Below are positions 19,824 to 29,541 of a stretch of DNA of 64,000 nt, in pieces. The stretch lies in the NCBI GenBank assembly GCA_021777565.1, contig JAJYDJ010000002.1, positions 197,082 through 261,081 of the forward strand, written 5' to 3'. The stretch comes from a bacterium (GTDB lineage Bacteria > Patescibacteriota > Microgenomatia > Levybacterales > UBA12049). The position numbers and the translations under genes were made by a program. The notes under the pieces are model-generated. The model was not told the DNA's origin, ran no database searches, and saw only the letters and a list, made by a program, of their open reading frames with translations. How positions within the stretch are numbered: position 1 is the first letter of the stretch; each line of letters opens with the position of its first letter.

Positions 19824-20129
19824 ATGAAATTAAGAAAGAATGATGAAATTATTGTAACCAGAGGCAAAGAGAAAGGGAAAACAGGCAAAGTTGAGACTGT
19901 TATGCCAGCTGATTCAAAAGTGCTGATTCCAGGACTCAACGAATACAAGAGACACACCAAGGGTCGAGGGCAAGGTCAAAAATCAGAAATTGTGACCTTC
20001 TCACGTCCACTCAATGTAGCAAATGTTGCTTTGGTTTGCCCAAACTGCAAGAAACAGACTCGTATCGGTTTCCGCATGGAGAAAGATCAGAAAGTGCGTT
20101 TCTGCAAGAAATGTGAAAAAACAATATAA
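19824..20129 (+). CDS. rplX: 50S ribosomal protein L24 with C-terminal CxxC-X18-CxxC zinc-ribbon-like motif
   Basis: KOW region MKLRKNDEIIVTRGKEKGKTGKV; C-terminus VCPNCKKQTRIGFRMEKDQKVRFCKKCEK. Confidence 0.92.
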   Translation: MKLRKNDEIIVTRGKEKGKTGKVETVMPADSKVLIPGLNEYKRHTKGRGQGQKSEIVTFSRPLNVANVALVCPNCKKQTRIGFRMEKDQKVRFCKKCEKTI

Positions 20130-20131
20130 CT

Positions 20132-20668
20132 ATGAACGATATACAAAAACTATATACAGAAACAGTTGCCAAAGAGCTTGAAAGTGAGCTTGGGATTACC
20201 AACATTATGGCTGTCCCACGCGTGCGCAAGATCGTGGTAAACATTGGAGTAAAGGGAGCTATTGCAGATAAGAAAAATCTTGAAGTAGTTAACGGCGTGC
20301 TTGAGCAAATTACTGGACAGAAGCCAAAAGTGACTCGTGCCCGTATGTCTATCGCAGGCTTTAAGCTTCGAGAAAATGACAAGGTAGGTCTTATGGTTAC
20401 TCTCAGAGGTAAGCGCATGTATGATTTCCTTGAAAAACTAATCGCAATCGTTCTTCCTCGTATTAAAGATTTTAGAGGAGTTAAGGCTGGTAGTTTTGAC
20501 AAACAAGGGAACTATACGCTAGGATTAGCCGAATATAGTGTGTTCCCAGAAGTCGATTTGGCAAAGATTGACCGCATGTACGGTATGGAAATCACTATGG
20601 TAACAAATACAAATAAAGACGCAGCATACTTGCTTCTTAAGAAGCTTGGTATGCCGTTCCAGAAATAA
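20132..20668 (+). CDS. rplE: 50S ribosomal protein L5
   Basis: Canonical L5 (178 aa). Confidence 0.96.
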   Translation: MNDIQKLYTETVAKELESELGITNIMAVPRVRKIVVNIGVKGAIADKKNLEVVNGVLEQITGQKPKVTRARMSIAGFKLRENDKVGLMVTLRGKRMYDFLEKLIAIVLPRIKDFRGVKAGSFDKQGNYTLGLAEYSVFPEVDLAKIDRMYGMEITMVTNTNKDAAYLLLKKLGMPFQK

Positions 20669-20669
20669 T

Positions 20670-20855
20670 ATGGCAAAGACATCAAGCATTGTTAAATTTT
20701 TGAATAAGCAGAAGTTTTCTACACGAGAGAAGAATCGTTGTGCTCTCTGTGGACGATCTCGCGCGTATATGAGAAAATTCGGATTGTGCAGAATTTGTTT
20801 TAGAGAGAAAGCACAGAAAGGAGAATTGCCAGGGGTATTAAAGGCAAGTTGGTAA
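20670..20855 (+). CDS. rpsZ: 30S ribosomal protein S14 type Z (zinc-binding, 61 aa)
   Basis: [10 protein letters not shown]...[20 protein letters not shown]; track start 20646 overlaps rplE. Confidence 0.93.
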   Translation: MAKTSSIVKFLNKQKFSTREKNRCALCGRSRAYMRKFGLCRICFREKAQKGELPGVLKASW

Positions 20856-20859
20856 GTAT

Positions 20860-21255
20860 ATGCAACATTACACAGTAGCAGACATTTTTATTAGATTGAA
20901 GAACGCAGCTCTCGCACGACGCAAGAGTGTTGAGTTTATCAAGTCCAAGCGTGCAGAAGCACTTTTGAACATTATGCAAGCAGAAGGATATATTTCTGGC
21001 CTTACTACTCGTGAAGAAGGCAGTAAGAAATTCCTGGTTGCAAATATTACTCGCCATGGGAAAGGCAGTGTCTTTACTGATGTAAAGATTATTTCTAAAC
21101 CATCCCTTCGCGTGTACGCAGATAAGAGTGATATTGAGAAGATGCAGCGAAAGAGTATTGGGCAGGTTATCCTCTCAACAAGTAAGGGTATTATGACAGG
21201 TAAAAAAGCACTTGAAACCGGTGTCGGTGGTGAAGTCTTAGTGGAGGTATGGTAA
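20860..21255 (+). CDS. rpsH: 30S ribosomal protein S8
   Basis: TVADIFIRLKNAALARRKSV. Confidence 0.95.
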   Translation: MQHYTVADIFIRLKNAALARRKSVEFIKSKRAEALLNIMQAEGYISGLTTREEGSKKFLVANITRHGKGSVFTDVKIISKPSLRVYADKSDIEKMQRKSIGQVILSTSKGIMTGKKALETGVGGEVLVEVW

Positions 21256-21256
21256 T

Positions 21257-21811
21257 ATGTCAAAGATCGGAAAATTAATTATTACAATCCCAAACGGTGT
21301 CACAGTCTCTCAAGCAGAGAATAAAGTGACCGTCCAAGGACCAAAAGGACAACTTTTTGTTGATGTACCAGCAGGGATTGTCGTAGCAATTGAAGAGGCA
21401 ACAGTAAAAGTCTCTCAGAAGGTTACAAACGATCGAACAACGCAGGCATTCTGGGGATTGGTACGTGCCAATATCGCAAATGCAATCAAAGGCGTTTCTG
21501 AAGGTTTTGAAGTACGTTTGGAAATGGTCGGCGTTGGATTTAGAGGTCAAGCAAGTGGTAGTGAATTGACACTCTCTCTTGGATTCTCTCATCCAGTAAA
21601 GATGAAGGCTCCACAAGGTGTTACTTTCGCCATGGGGGAGAATAACACAATTATCATTTCTGGATCAGATAAAATGATGGTTGGTGAGATAGCAGCAGAG
21701 ATTCGCGCTGTTCGCCCCCCAGAACCATACAAAGGAAAAGGTATAAAATACGTTGGCGAAAGAATTCGTCGTAAAGCAGGAAAGACCGCGAAAGCAGTCG
21801 GAGGTAAATAA
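21257..21811 (+). CDS. rplF: 50S ribosomal protein L6
   Basis: Canonical L6, 184 aa. Confidence 0.95.
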   Translation: MSKIGKLIITIPNGVTVSQAENKVTVQGPKGQLFVDVPAGIVVAIEEATVKVSQKVTNDRTTQAFWGLVRANIANAIKGVSEGFEVRLEMVGVGFRGQASGSELTLSLGFSHPVKMKAPQGVTFAMGENNTIIISGSDKMMVGEIAAEIRAVRPPEPYKGKGIKYVGERIRRKAGKTAKAVGGK

Positions 21812-21812
21812 T

Positions 21813-22151
21813 ATGCAAAACAGTAAATTACGAAGACAAAAAAGAACACGTGGCAATATTGTTAGTACAGAGAGTCGTCCACGACTTTCAGTACATCGAT
21901 CAAATAAACATATTGCTGTACAAATTATTGATGATACCAAAGGAGTTACTCTGGTTGGTATGACTGAGAAGCATGTCGAAGGTATTAAAGGCACCAAAAC
22001 AGAGCGTGCAGCACTTTTGGGTGAAGCACTTGCCAAGAAAGCAGTTGAAAAGAAAATCAGTACGGTCGTTTTTGATAAGGGAAGTTTCCGTTATCATGGA
22101 CGCGTCAGAGCACTGGCAGAGGGTGCAAGAAAAGGAGGCTTAGTATTCTAA
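21813..22151 (+). CDS. rplR: 50S ribosomal protein L18
   Basis: MQNSKLRRQKRTRGNI...; GGAGGT SD; track start 21753 overlaps rplF. Confidence 0.93.
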   Translation: MQNSKLRRQKRTRGNIVSTESRPRLSVHRSNKHIAVQIIDDTKGVTLVGMTEKHVEGIKGTKTERAALLGEALAKKAVEKKISTVVFDKGSFRYHGRVRALAEGARKGGLVF

Positions 22152-22152
22152 T

Positions 22153-22641
22153 ATGAATCCAGCACAACAATTTATTCAACCAGTATCAGAATTCACTGAA
22201 TCAGTGATCCAGGTGAATAGAACATCTAAGAAGACAACCGGTGGTAACAAAATCGGATTTGCTGTGTTGGCTGTCGTTGGGAACAAACAAGGTAAAGTTG
22301 GTGTTGGTCATGGAAAAGCAGGGGACGTTGCCTCTGCAATCCGTAAAGCAGTCTCAGGAGCAAAAAAACACTTAATCGAAGTTCCAGTATCTAACGGTAC
22401 TATTCCATTTGGTATTACGCTTAAGCGTGGTGCAGCAAAACTTATTTTGAAACCTGCTCCAAAGGGTAGTGGTATTATTGCCGGTGGCGCAGTCAGAAGT
22501 GTTGTTGCCGCTGCAGGTATTGAGAATATCTCCAGTAAGATTTTGGGGACAGGGAATAAATTGAGTAATGTCTATGCAACGCTTGAAGCACTTGAGCAAA
22601 TCTCCGCAATGGAGAAAAAGTTTAGTGCACGTAAAAAATAA
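22153..22641 (+). CDS. rpsE: 30S ribosomal protein S5
   Basis: Canonical S5; followed directly by rplO (no L30 gene). Confidence 0.96.
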   Translation: MNPAQQFIQPVSEFTESVIQVNRTSKKTTGGNKIGFAVLAVVGNKQGKVGVGHGKAGDVASAIRKAVSGAKKHLIEVPVSNGTIPFGITLKRGAAKLILKPAPKGSGIIAGGAVRSVVAAAGIENISSKILGTGNKLSNVYATLEALEQISAMEKKFSARKK

Positions 22642-22642
22642 T

Positions 22643-23086
22643 ATGAATATTAGTAATTTGAAAAAAATTGTTTCTAGACCAGGGAAAAGACTTGGACAAG
22701 GTCATGGGTCAGGTCGTGTCAAAACAGCTGGTCGTGGTACCAAAGGTCAGCATGCCCGTCACAATCTTGGTCCAACAAAGTATTTCTACAGTGGTGGATC
22801 ACTCGCGTTCGTAAAGCGTTTGCCATTCCTTCGTGGGAAAGGTCGCAATCAGTCTATGCAAGCAGATAAAGTAGCCGTTCCTGTTGATGCACTGAATGTC
22901 TTTGCTGCAAAAAGTACGGTAGATGTTGCAGCATTGATTGAGAAAAATATTATCAAAGCAAGTGAAAAAGGTAGTCGCATTAAGCTCGTTGGTGGCAAGG
23001 AGTTGACTGTTGCATTAACCGTAAAACTCCCCGTAACAACAGGTGCTCGAGAACTGATTGAAAAAGCAGGGGGAAACGTGGCATAA
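22643..23086 (+). CDS. rplO: 50S ribosomal protein L15
   Basis: [36 protein letters not shown]; track start 22568 overlaps rpsE. Confidence 0.94.
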   Translation: MNISNLKKIVSRPGKRLGQGHGSGRVKTAGRGTKGQHARHNLGPTKYFYSGGSLAFVKRLPFLRGKGRNQSMQADKVAVPVDALNVFAAKSTVDVAALIEKNIIKASEKGSRIKLVGGKELTVALTVKLPVTTGARELIEKAGGNVA

Positions 23087-23087
23087 T
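23082..23087 (+). promoter_or_regulatory. -10-like CATAAT overlapping the rplO stop, 6 nt upstream of secY ATG 23094
   Basis: gtggCATAATagcctcATG. Confidence 0.3.
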
Positions 23088-23093
23088 AGCCTC

Positions 23094-24380
23094 ATGGAGC
23101 ATATTCTTTCCACACTCAAGAATAGTTGGAATACTCAAGAAATTCGTAAAAAAATTCTCTTTACCGCTGGTATCTTTATTCTCTTTCGTTTATTTGCCCA
23201 TATTCCTGTTGCAGGAGTCAATCTCGCAAGCTTGCATAATCTCTTCTCCCAGAACCAGCTGTTAAATCTTTTAGATATCTTTTCAGGAGGCACGCTAGCA
23301 AATTTCTCAGTGATGGCGCTTGGACTAAATCCATATATCAACGCCTCTATCGTCATCCAACTTCTTACCATCGTTGTCCCTTCTCTTGACGCCTTGATGA
23401 AAGAAGGCGAGTCAGGACGAATGAAGATCAATCAATATACCCGTCTGCTGACAGTACCTCTTGCCTTTGGTCAGGCAGTTGCTATGTTTCTTTTACTCAG
23501 AAGTCAGCATATTGTTGGCACTATGTCACCTCTGAGCCTCGTGGCATTTCTCGTAACCATGACCGCTGGGACCATGATCTTGGTCTGGTTTGGTGAGCTC
23601 ATCTCGGAACGTGGTATTGGCAATGGCGTATCACTTCTTATCTTTGGAGGCATCGTCGGGCGCATGCCAGTCGCTATCAGTCAGACGGCAAGTACGATAA
23701 GTGGGGAAAATGCTATGAATCTTTTCATATTCCTGGCCCTCGCAATTGCTGTGATTGCAGGTGTTGTGCTTATCAATGAGGCTGCTCGTCAGATACCGGT
23801 ATATTACGCCAAACGTATGCGTGGCAATAAAGTCTATGGTGGCCAGTCATCCCATCTTCCACTTAAGCTCAATCAGGCTGGTGTTATTCCTATCATCTTT
23901 GCCGTTTCTCTGGTCCTATTCCCATCCATGGTTGCGAATTATTTCATTAACAGCACCAATCCTGGTATCCATAATGCCGCTGTATGGGCAGCTACCTTTT
24001 TCAGCCCAAATGGTGTTATGTATAACGTCTTCTACTTCTTGCTGGTTCTGATCTTTACCTTCTTCTATACCTCAGTCATTGTGAACCCACAAAAAATCGC
24101 TGAGGACATGCAGAAGAATGGTGGCTTCATCCCAGGTATCCGCCCAGGTGAACGTACGACCAAATATCTTAACTATGTACTTACTCGTATTACTCTTGCT
24201 GGTGGTGCCTTTTTGGGCCTTATTGCCATTTTCCCAACCATTGCCCGTAGTTTAACTAATGTTCAGACACTCTTGATCGGTGGTACAGGTATTCTTATCG
24301 TGGTGAGCGTTGTGCTTGAGACTGTAAAAGCCATGGAAGCACAAATTGTTATGCGTAACTATGATAAGTTCGCCAACTAA
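23094..24380 (+). CDS. secY: preprotein translocase subunit SecY
   Basis: [26 protein letters not shown]...; 10 TM segments. Confidence 0.95.
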   Translation: MEHILSTLKNSWNTQEIRKKILFTAGIFILFRLFAHIPVAGVNLASLHNLFSQNQLLNLLDIFSGGTLANFSVMALGLNPYINASIVIQLLTIVVPSLDALMKEGESGRMKINQYTRLLTVPLAFGQAVAMFLLLRSQHIVGTMSPLSLVAFLVTMTAGTMILVWFGELISERGIGNGVSLLIFGGIVGRMPVAISQTASTISGENAMNLFIFLALAIAVIAGVVLINEAARQIPVYYAKRMRGNKVYGGQSSHLPLKLNQAGVIPIIFAVSLVLFPSMVANYFINSTNPGIHNAAVWAATFFSPNGVMYNVFYFLLVLIFTFFYTSVIVNPQKIAEDMQKNGGFIPGIRPGERTTKYLNYVLTRITLAGGAFLGLIAIFPTIARSLTNVQTLLIGGTGILIVVSVVLETVKAMEAQIVMRNYDKFAN

Positions 24381-24383
24381 CCT

Positions 24384-24929
24384 ATGAAGATAACACTTAT
24401 TGGTATTCAAGGCTCAGGCAAATCCACACAAGGGAACTTGTTAACCAAGAAATATAATATCCCCTATCTCTCAACGGGACACATCTTTCGGGAACTTTCC
24501 CAGGAGAAAACAGCTACTGGACGCTATATTAAAGAGATTATCACAGCCGGATTTCTGGTACCTGACGAAAAGACAATTGATATTGTGAAAGAGTACGTAG
24601 GCAGAGATGCGTATAAGAACGGCTATATCCTTGATGGGTTCCCTCGAACAGTCCAGCAGGCAAAATCATTCGCTTCTGAGATAGAGTCAGCTGTGTATAT
24701 ACGGGTCTCGGATAAAGAAGCTCTGTGGAGACTGGCTATGCGGGATAATGAAGTGCGCTCAGATGAGACGATTATGGCAGTCAAAAAGCGTATCGAGCTA
24801 TTTCATTTCGTCACCGAGCCTGTGCTTGATTGGTATCGCAAGCAGGGGAAGCTCATTGAAGTGGATGGAGAAGTCGATGTAGAGCAGGTTTTTGCCCAAA
24901 TCACGGCCGCTCTGGATAAAAAAGTATGA
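24384..24929 (+). CDS. adk: adenylate kinase (short-lid form)
   Basis: GIQGSGKSTQG P-loop; 181 aa. Confidence 0.92.
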   Translation: MKITLIGIQGSGKSTQGNLLTKKYNIPYLSTGHIFRELSQEKTATGRYIKEIITAGFLVPDEKTIDIVKEYVGRDAYKNGYILDGFPRTVQQAKSFASEIESAVYIRVSDKEALWRLAMRDNEVRSDETIMAVKKRIELFHFVTEPVLDWYRKQGKLIEVDGEVDVEQVFAQITAALDKKV

Positions 24930-25753
24930 TTATCACCAAAACACCACAAGAAATCGCAATCATGAAAAAGGCTGGTCACATGCTCGCAACTGCCTTGCAG
25001 GAGACGTGCCAGGCTGTCAAACCTGGTATTTCAGAGATAGAACTGGATAAACTGGCTGAGAAGTCCATTCGTGCACAGGGCGGTGAGCCTGGCTTTAAGA
25101 AGGTCGAAGGCTACCACAACACGCTCTGTATAGAGACCAATGACGTCGTGGTCCACGGGATCCCCCGTAAATACGTTCTCAAGGAAGGGGATATTGTAGG
25201 GCTTGATTGTGGGGTATTTTTGCAAGGCTTTCATACTGATATGGCTGAGACTGTTCGTGTCCTGAAGGCCCCTTCAAAGGCCTCAGAATGGCTTTCTAGC
25301 ATGGGCTCGGACTATAAGACGCACAGCTATGACAGTACTGAGGAGGATGAGGTAGATAGATTCCTGCGTATCGGGAAGGAAGCTATGTGGGATGGCATTA
25401 ACCAGGTCAAGGCTGGTAATCGTGTTGGTCATATCTCTGCAGCGATGCAAGAGAAAGCTGAGAAGATTGGTGGCTATAGTGTGGTGAGAAGCCTTGTTGG
25501 GCACGGAGTGGGTAGAGAGCTGCATGAGGATCCTGAGATCCCAGGGTACGCTACCAGACCTATCGAAAAAACACCACTTCTTAAGCCAGGTATGACGATA
25601 GCAATAGAGATTATCTATATTATGGGTGGCAAGGAAGTTGCGTATCGGGGAGATGACGACTGGACGATTGTCTCGGAAGATGGGTCATTATCAGCCATGT
25701 TTGAGCGTAGTGTGGTGGTCACAGAGGCAGGCTTCGAGCTTATTACTGTCTAG
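24926..25753 (+). CDS. map: type I methionine aminopeptidase (with ~25-aa internal insertion)
   Basis: Metal ligands in HGIPRKYVLKEGDIVGLDCG...GHGVGRELHEDPEI. Confidence 0.92.
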   Translation: MIITKTPQEIAIMKKAGHMLATALQETCQAVKPGISEIELDKLAEKSIRAQGGEPGFKKVEGYHNTLCIETNDVVVHGIPRKYVLKEGDIVGLDCGVFLQGFHTDMAETVRVLKAPSKASEWLSSMGSDYKTHSYDSTEEDEVDRFLRIGKEAMWDGINQVKAGNRVGHISAAMQEKAEKIGGYSVVRSLVGHGVGRELHEDPEIPGYATRPIEKTPLLKPGMTIAIEIIYIMGGKEVAYRGDDDWTIVSEDGSLSAMFERSVVVTEAGFELITV

Positions 25754-25807
25754 GCACGATACCCTTTGCGTAACTCAAAAGAGTTTGCTATAATCAAACA
25801 AGTCTTT

Positions 25808-26023
25808 ATGGTGCATCAAGGATCAATAGAGCTCACTGGTACAGTTATTGAAGCTCTTCCCGGCACTACGTTTCGAATTCAACTGCCTGATGAATCGGTA
25901 GTGATTTGCACGTTAGCTGGTAAGATGCGGATTCATTTTGTGAAAATATTGCCAGGAGACAAAGTACAGATCGAGGTATCACCATATGATATGACTCGAG
26001 GAAGGATAACAAGAAGACTATGA
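25808..26023 (+). CDS. infA: translation initiation factor IF-1
   Basis: [26 protein letters not shown] aligns with the IF-1 S1 domain; track start 25766 is probably too long. Confidence 0.9.
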   Translation: MVHQGSIELTGTVIEALPGTTFRIQLPDESVVICTLAGKMRIHFVKILPGDKVQIEVSPYDMTRGRITRRL

Positions 26024-26133
26024 AAGTACAAGCAAGTGTCAAACCACGATGCAGTAAATGCAAAGTGATCAAAAGAAAAGGTGTTGTTCGTGTCGTGTGT
26101 GAAAACCCACGTCATAAGCAGCGACAAGGGTAA
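26020..26133 (+). CDS. rpmJ: 50S ribosomal protein L36 (37 aa; not in ORF track)
   Basis: [37 protein letters not shown]; C3H zinc ribbon; ATG overlaps infA TGA (ATGA). Confidence 0.9.
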   Translation: MKVQASVKPRCSKCKVIKRKGVVRVVCENPRHKQRQG

Positions 26134-26139
26134 AAAATT

Positions 26140-26571
26140 ATGCGTATTAGTGGTGTAAATATTCCTGACGAAAAAAGAACAGATATTGCTTTGACCTATA
26201 TCTATGGCATTGGCCGCTCCAATGTCGCTGATGTATTGGCAAGAGCACAGGTTGCCGCTACAACACGTGTAAAAAACCTCACTGAAGATGAACAAAAAAG
26301 ACTTTTGGATGCCCTTTCAACCCTGAGGCTTGAAGGTGATCTCAGAGCAGAAGAAATGCTAAACATTAAGCGTCTGAAAGATATTGGTAGTTATCGTGGG
26401 AGCCGCCACATTCATGGCCTTCCAACCAAAGGACAGCGCACAAGATCAAATGCTCGTACCCGTAGAGGCAAGAGAATGACGATCGGAGCTATGAAGAAGG
26501 AGGTTCTTGCAAAGCTCGAGGCATCACAAAAGCAAAAAGAAGTAACAGCAGCAAAAGCATCAAAGAAGTAA
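26140..26571 (+). CDS. rpsM: 30S ribosomal protein S13
   Basis: MRISGVNIPDEKRTDIALTYIYGIG. Confidence 0.96.
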   Translation: MRISGVNIPDEKRTDIALTYIYGIGRSNVADVLARAQVAATTRVKNLTEDEQKRLLDALSTLRLEGDLRAEEMLNIKRLKDIGSYRGSRHIHGLPTKGQRTRSNARTRRGKRMTIGAMKKEVLAKLEASQKQKEVTAAKASKK

Positions 26572-26572
26572 T

Positions 26573-26968
26573 ATGAGAGCAAAAAAAACTGTATCAAAGA
26601 AAAAGAAAGTGAATGTAGTCGTCTCTGAAAGAGGGCGTGTCTACATTAACGCAACATTTAATAACACCATGGTGACAGTAACCAATAATACTGGTGACGT
26701 CGTCGCATGGAGTTCATCCGGAGCAAAGGGGTTTAAGGGAACACGTAAATCTACTCCATATGCAGGAGGGTTGGCCGTAGAAGATGCAGTCAAGAAAGCA
26801 ATGGAAGCAGGTATTACGATGGTTGATGTCTTTATTAAAGGACCAGGACCAGGACGAGACAGTGGTCTTCGCTCAGTTCGTGGTGCAGGACTTTCGATTA
26901 TGTCAATTTCTGATATCACCCCTATCCCACACAATGGGCCACGGGCGAAGAAGAAGCGACGTGTATAA
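26573..26968 (+). CDS. rpsK: 30S ribosomal protein S11
   Basis: Canonical S11. Confidence 0.96.
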   Translation: MRAKKTVSKKKKVNVVVSERGRVYINATFNNTMVTVTNNTGDVVAWSSSGAKGFKGTRKSTPYAGGLAVEDAVKKAMEAGITMVDVFIKGPGPGRDSGLRSVRGAGLSIMSISDITPIPHNGPRAKKKRRV

Positions 26969-26981
26969 TACATAAAAACAT

Positions 26982-27587
26982 ATGGCACACTATATTGGAC
27001 CAAAACATAAACTAGCACGAAGAGAAGGGGTAAACCTTTTGGATAAAACATCCAACACCCTCCTTCGCCGTCTTAACCAGATTCCTGGTATGCACGGGGC
27101 AAAACGAAGAAAGAAGCTCTCTGAATATGGGCAACAGCTGCGCGAGAAACAAAAGGCAAAAGTTATGTATGGAGTCCAAGAAAGACAATTTAAGACATTG
27201 GTGGACAAACTTCGTACCCGCAAAGGTGATACAGGAGAATTGATTATTGCTGCGCTTGAGACACGTCTTGATAACGTCGTCTATCGTCTGGGATTTGCTT
27301 CTAGTAGATTCATGGCACGCCAAATCGTTTCCCATGGTCATATTATGGTAAATGGCAAAACACTCAACATCCCATCCTATGCAGTTAAAGTTGATGATGT
27401 GATTAGTCTTTCTGCTAAGATGCAGCAAAACCCACAAGTGGCAAAGCTTCTTACTGATGAGAATAAGGCAATGCCAGCATTTTTGGAGAAAAAAGCTACT
27501 GTTGGCAAGCTAATCCGCCAGCCAGAACGCACCGATGTTGAAGTTCCATTTCAGACACAATTAATTGTTGAATATTATTCACGTTAA
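26982..27587 (+). CDS. rpsD: 30S ribosomal protein S4
   Basis: MAHYIGPKHKLARREG; S4 domain. Confidence 0.96.
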   Translation: MAHYIGPKHKLARREGVNLLDKTSNTLLRRLNQIPGMHGAKRRKKLSEYGQQLREKQKAKVMYGVQERQFKTLVDKLRTRKGDTGELIIAALETRLDNVVYRLGFASSRFMARQIVSHGHIMVNGKTLNIPSYAVKVDDVISLSAKMQQNPQVAKLLTDENKAMPAFLEKKATVGKLIRQPERTDVEVPFQTQLIVEYYSR

Positions 27588-27602
27588 TGCTATACTACCC
27601 AT

Positions 27603-28517
27603 ATGTTGAACACGACATTTACCGTTAAAGCGCTCAAAGAAACACCAGATTACGCACTTTTCGTAATCAGTCCATTGGACACCGGTTACGGTTACACACT
27701 CGGACATTCACTCAAGCGCACCATGCTTACTTCTATTGAAGGAGCAGCAATTACCTCAGTAAAGATTAACGGCGTCGCTCACAAATTCTCAACAGTTCCA
27801 GGTTTGAAAGAAAACGTCGTTGATTTCCTCCTTAACTTGAAAGAGCTTTCTGTTCGTCTTTCTGGCAGTAAAACATCTGCAACCGTTCGTCTCTCTGTAA
27901 AAGGTCCAAAAGAAATTACTGGAGCAGACGTTGAAGTTTCAGATGGTGTAGAAATTGCAAATCCAGATCACTATCTCGGTTACCTCTCAGACAAGAAACT
28001 TGAGATGGAAATGACTGTTGAAAAAGGATTTGGATACTCTTTGGCAGAAGAACGATCTTCTGAGGAAGTTGGCCAAATCATGGTTGATGCTATTTTCTCC
28101 CCAGTCAAGCGTGTTGATTACAAAGTAAGTAGTACTCGTGTAGGACGACAAACAAATCTTGATGAAGTTACTATGGAAGTATGGACCAATGGTTCAGTTA
28201 CTCCACGTGAAGCTTTGGAAAGTGCAGCACGAACACTCGCACAGTATTATGTACAAATGTACAACCCATCAGCAGAGGTAACAGCAGAAGCTCCTGTAAA
28301 AGCAGCAGCTGCAAACGATGGTGCATCAATCACTATCGATGAACTCGACCTCCCAACACGTATTAGTAACAGTTTAAAAAATGGTGGTATTGAAAATGTA
28401 GCAGAATTACTTGCTACACCAAAGAAAGAATTAGCAAGTATGAGAAATATGGGAGCAAAGTCAATTACCGTGATCGAAGAAAAGTTAGCAGAAAAAGGGA
28501 TTTCATTCCCTGTATAA
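27603..28517 (+). CDS. rpoA: DNA-directed RNA polymerase subunit alpha
   Basis: N-terminal dimerisation domain and alpha-CTD (ELDLPTRISNSLKNGGIENVAELL). Confidence 0.95.
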   Translation: MLNTTFTVKALKETPDYALFVISPLDTGYGYTLGHSLKRTMLTSIEGAAITSVKINGVAHKFSTVPGLKENVVDFLLNLKELSVRLSGSKTSATVRLSVKGPKEITGADVEVSDGVEIANPDHYLGYLSDKKLEMEMTVEKGFGYSLAEERSSEEVGQIMVDAIFSPVKRVDYKVSSTRVGRQTNLDEVTMEVWTNGSVTPREALESAARTLAQYYVQMYNPSAEVTAEAPVKAAAANDGASITIDELDLPTRISNSLKNGGIENVAELLATPKKELASMRNMGAKSITVIEEKLAEKGISFPV

Positions 28518-28518
28518 G

Positions 28519-28622
28519 TCGAAATTCGAATATCGAAATTCTAAACAACAGAAACGTTCGAGTTTTTCAAATGAATATTTGAGATTGTTTCGGATTTCGT
28601 CATAAGAATTTCGATTTTTTTT
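28519..28622 (+). repeat. rpoA-rplQ intergenic direct and inverted repeats (two TCGAAATTC copies, then complementary GAATTTCGA followed by T8)
   Basis: TCGAAATTC at 28519-27 and 28533-41; GAATTTCGA at 28606-14; TTTTTTTT at 28615-22. Confidence 0.45.
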
Positions 28623-28628
28623 GTCTTT

Positions 28629-29102
28629 ATGAAGAAAAAAGTTTTTGGAAGAAGATTACAACGAGATACAAAGGAGCGTAAAGCACTCTTTAAGAGTCTG
28701 ACACGTGAGCTCATTTTGTGTGATGGGATCAAGACAACTGAAGCAAAAGCAAAATCAGTCAAAGGATCTATTGAAAAATTGATCACCAAGGCTCGAGACA
28801 ATGCATCAGAGACTAAAAGAATGCTTAGTGGTGTATACGAAGAAAAAGTTATCACTCGATTGGTTGACAATATCGCACCACGATTTGTCGGTCGTCCAGG
28901 TGGATATACTCGTATTGTACGCTTAGGTAATAGAGTACAGGATAATGCACCAATGGTTCTTTTGGAACTGGTTGAAGGTGAGAAAAAAGTAGAAAAAGCA
29001 GTCCCAACCGCTGCAGAAGCACCAAAAAAGGTCGAAAAGAAGACAAAAGTAGTGAAGACAACCGTAAAAAAAGAGACAAAAAAGGAGACAGCAAAGAAAT
29101 AA
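28629..29102 (+). CDS. rplQ: 50S ribosomal protein L17 with Lys-rich C-terminal extension
   Basis: Canonical L17 then KKVEKAVPTAAEAPKKVEKKTKVVKTTVKKETKKETAKK. Confidence 0.94.
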   Translation: MKKKVFGRRLQRDTKERKALFKSLTRELILCDGIKTTEAKAKSVKGSIEKLITKARDNASETKRMLSGVYEEKVITRLVDNIAPRFVGRPGGYTRIVRLGNRVQDNAPMVLLELVEGEKKVEKAVPTAAEAPKKVEKKTKVVKTTVKKETKKETAKK

Positions 29103-29103
29103 T

Positions 29104-29538
29104 ATGAAACTTAGTCACGCAACAAAGACAACAAAACAGACAGAACTGGCACATGCATGGCACTTGATTGATGCAAAAGACCAGACACTTGGTCGTATTT
29201 CAACAAAAGTTGCTGAATTATTAATTGGTAAGAAAAAGCCAAACTTTGTAACCAATCTTGATTGTGGTGACTTTGTTGTTGTACTGAATGCAGAGACCGT
29301 AAAGGTAACTGGTAAAAAATTCACTGACAAAGTGTATTATCGTCATTCACAAATGCCAGGTGGATTTAAAGCAGAGACATTTAAAGAGCTTATTAATCGT
29401 CGACCAGAAGCAGCGCTAGAGCATGCAATTCGCGGCATGTTGCCAAAAAACAAACTTCGTGCGAAAATGCTCAAGAGACTTCGTGTCGTCGTTGGAAATG
29501 AAAATCCTTTCCAAGAGAATTTTCCAAAGGAGAAATAA
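29104..29538 (+). CDS. rplM: 50S ribosomal protein L13
   Basis: Canonical L13. Confidence 0.95.
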   Translation: MKLSHATKTTKQTELAHAWHLIDAKDQTLGRISTKVAELLIGKKKPNFVTNLDCGDFVVVLNAETVKVTGKKFTDKVYYRHSQMPGGFKAETFKELINRRPEAALEHAIRGMLPKNKLRAKMLKRLRVVVGNENPFQENFPKEK

Positions 29539-29541
29539 TAT

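Noticed and set aside
24926-25753. ~25-aa insertion in methionine aminopeptidase (APSKASEWLSSMGSDYKTHSYDSTEEDEVD)
   Set aside because: It is likely a lineage-specific surface loop. The catalytic residues are intact and there is no evidence for an intein or mobile insertion.
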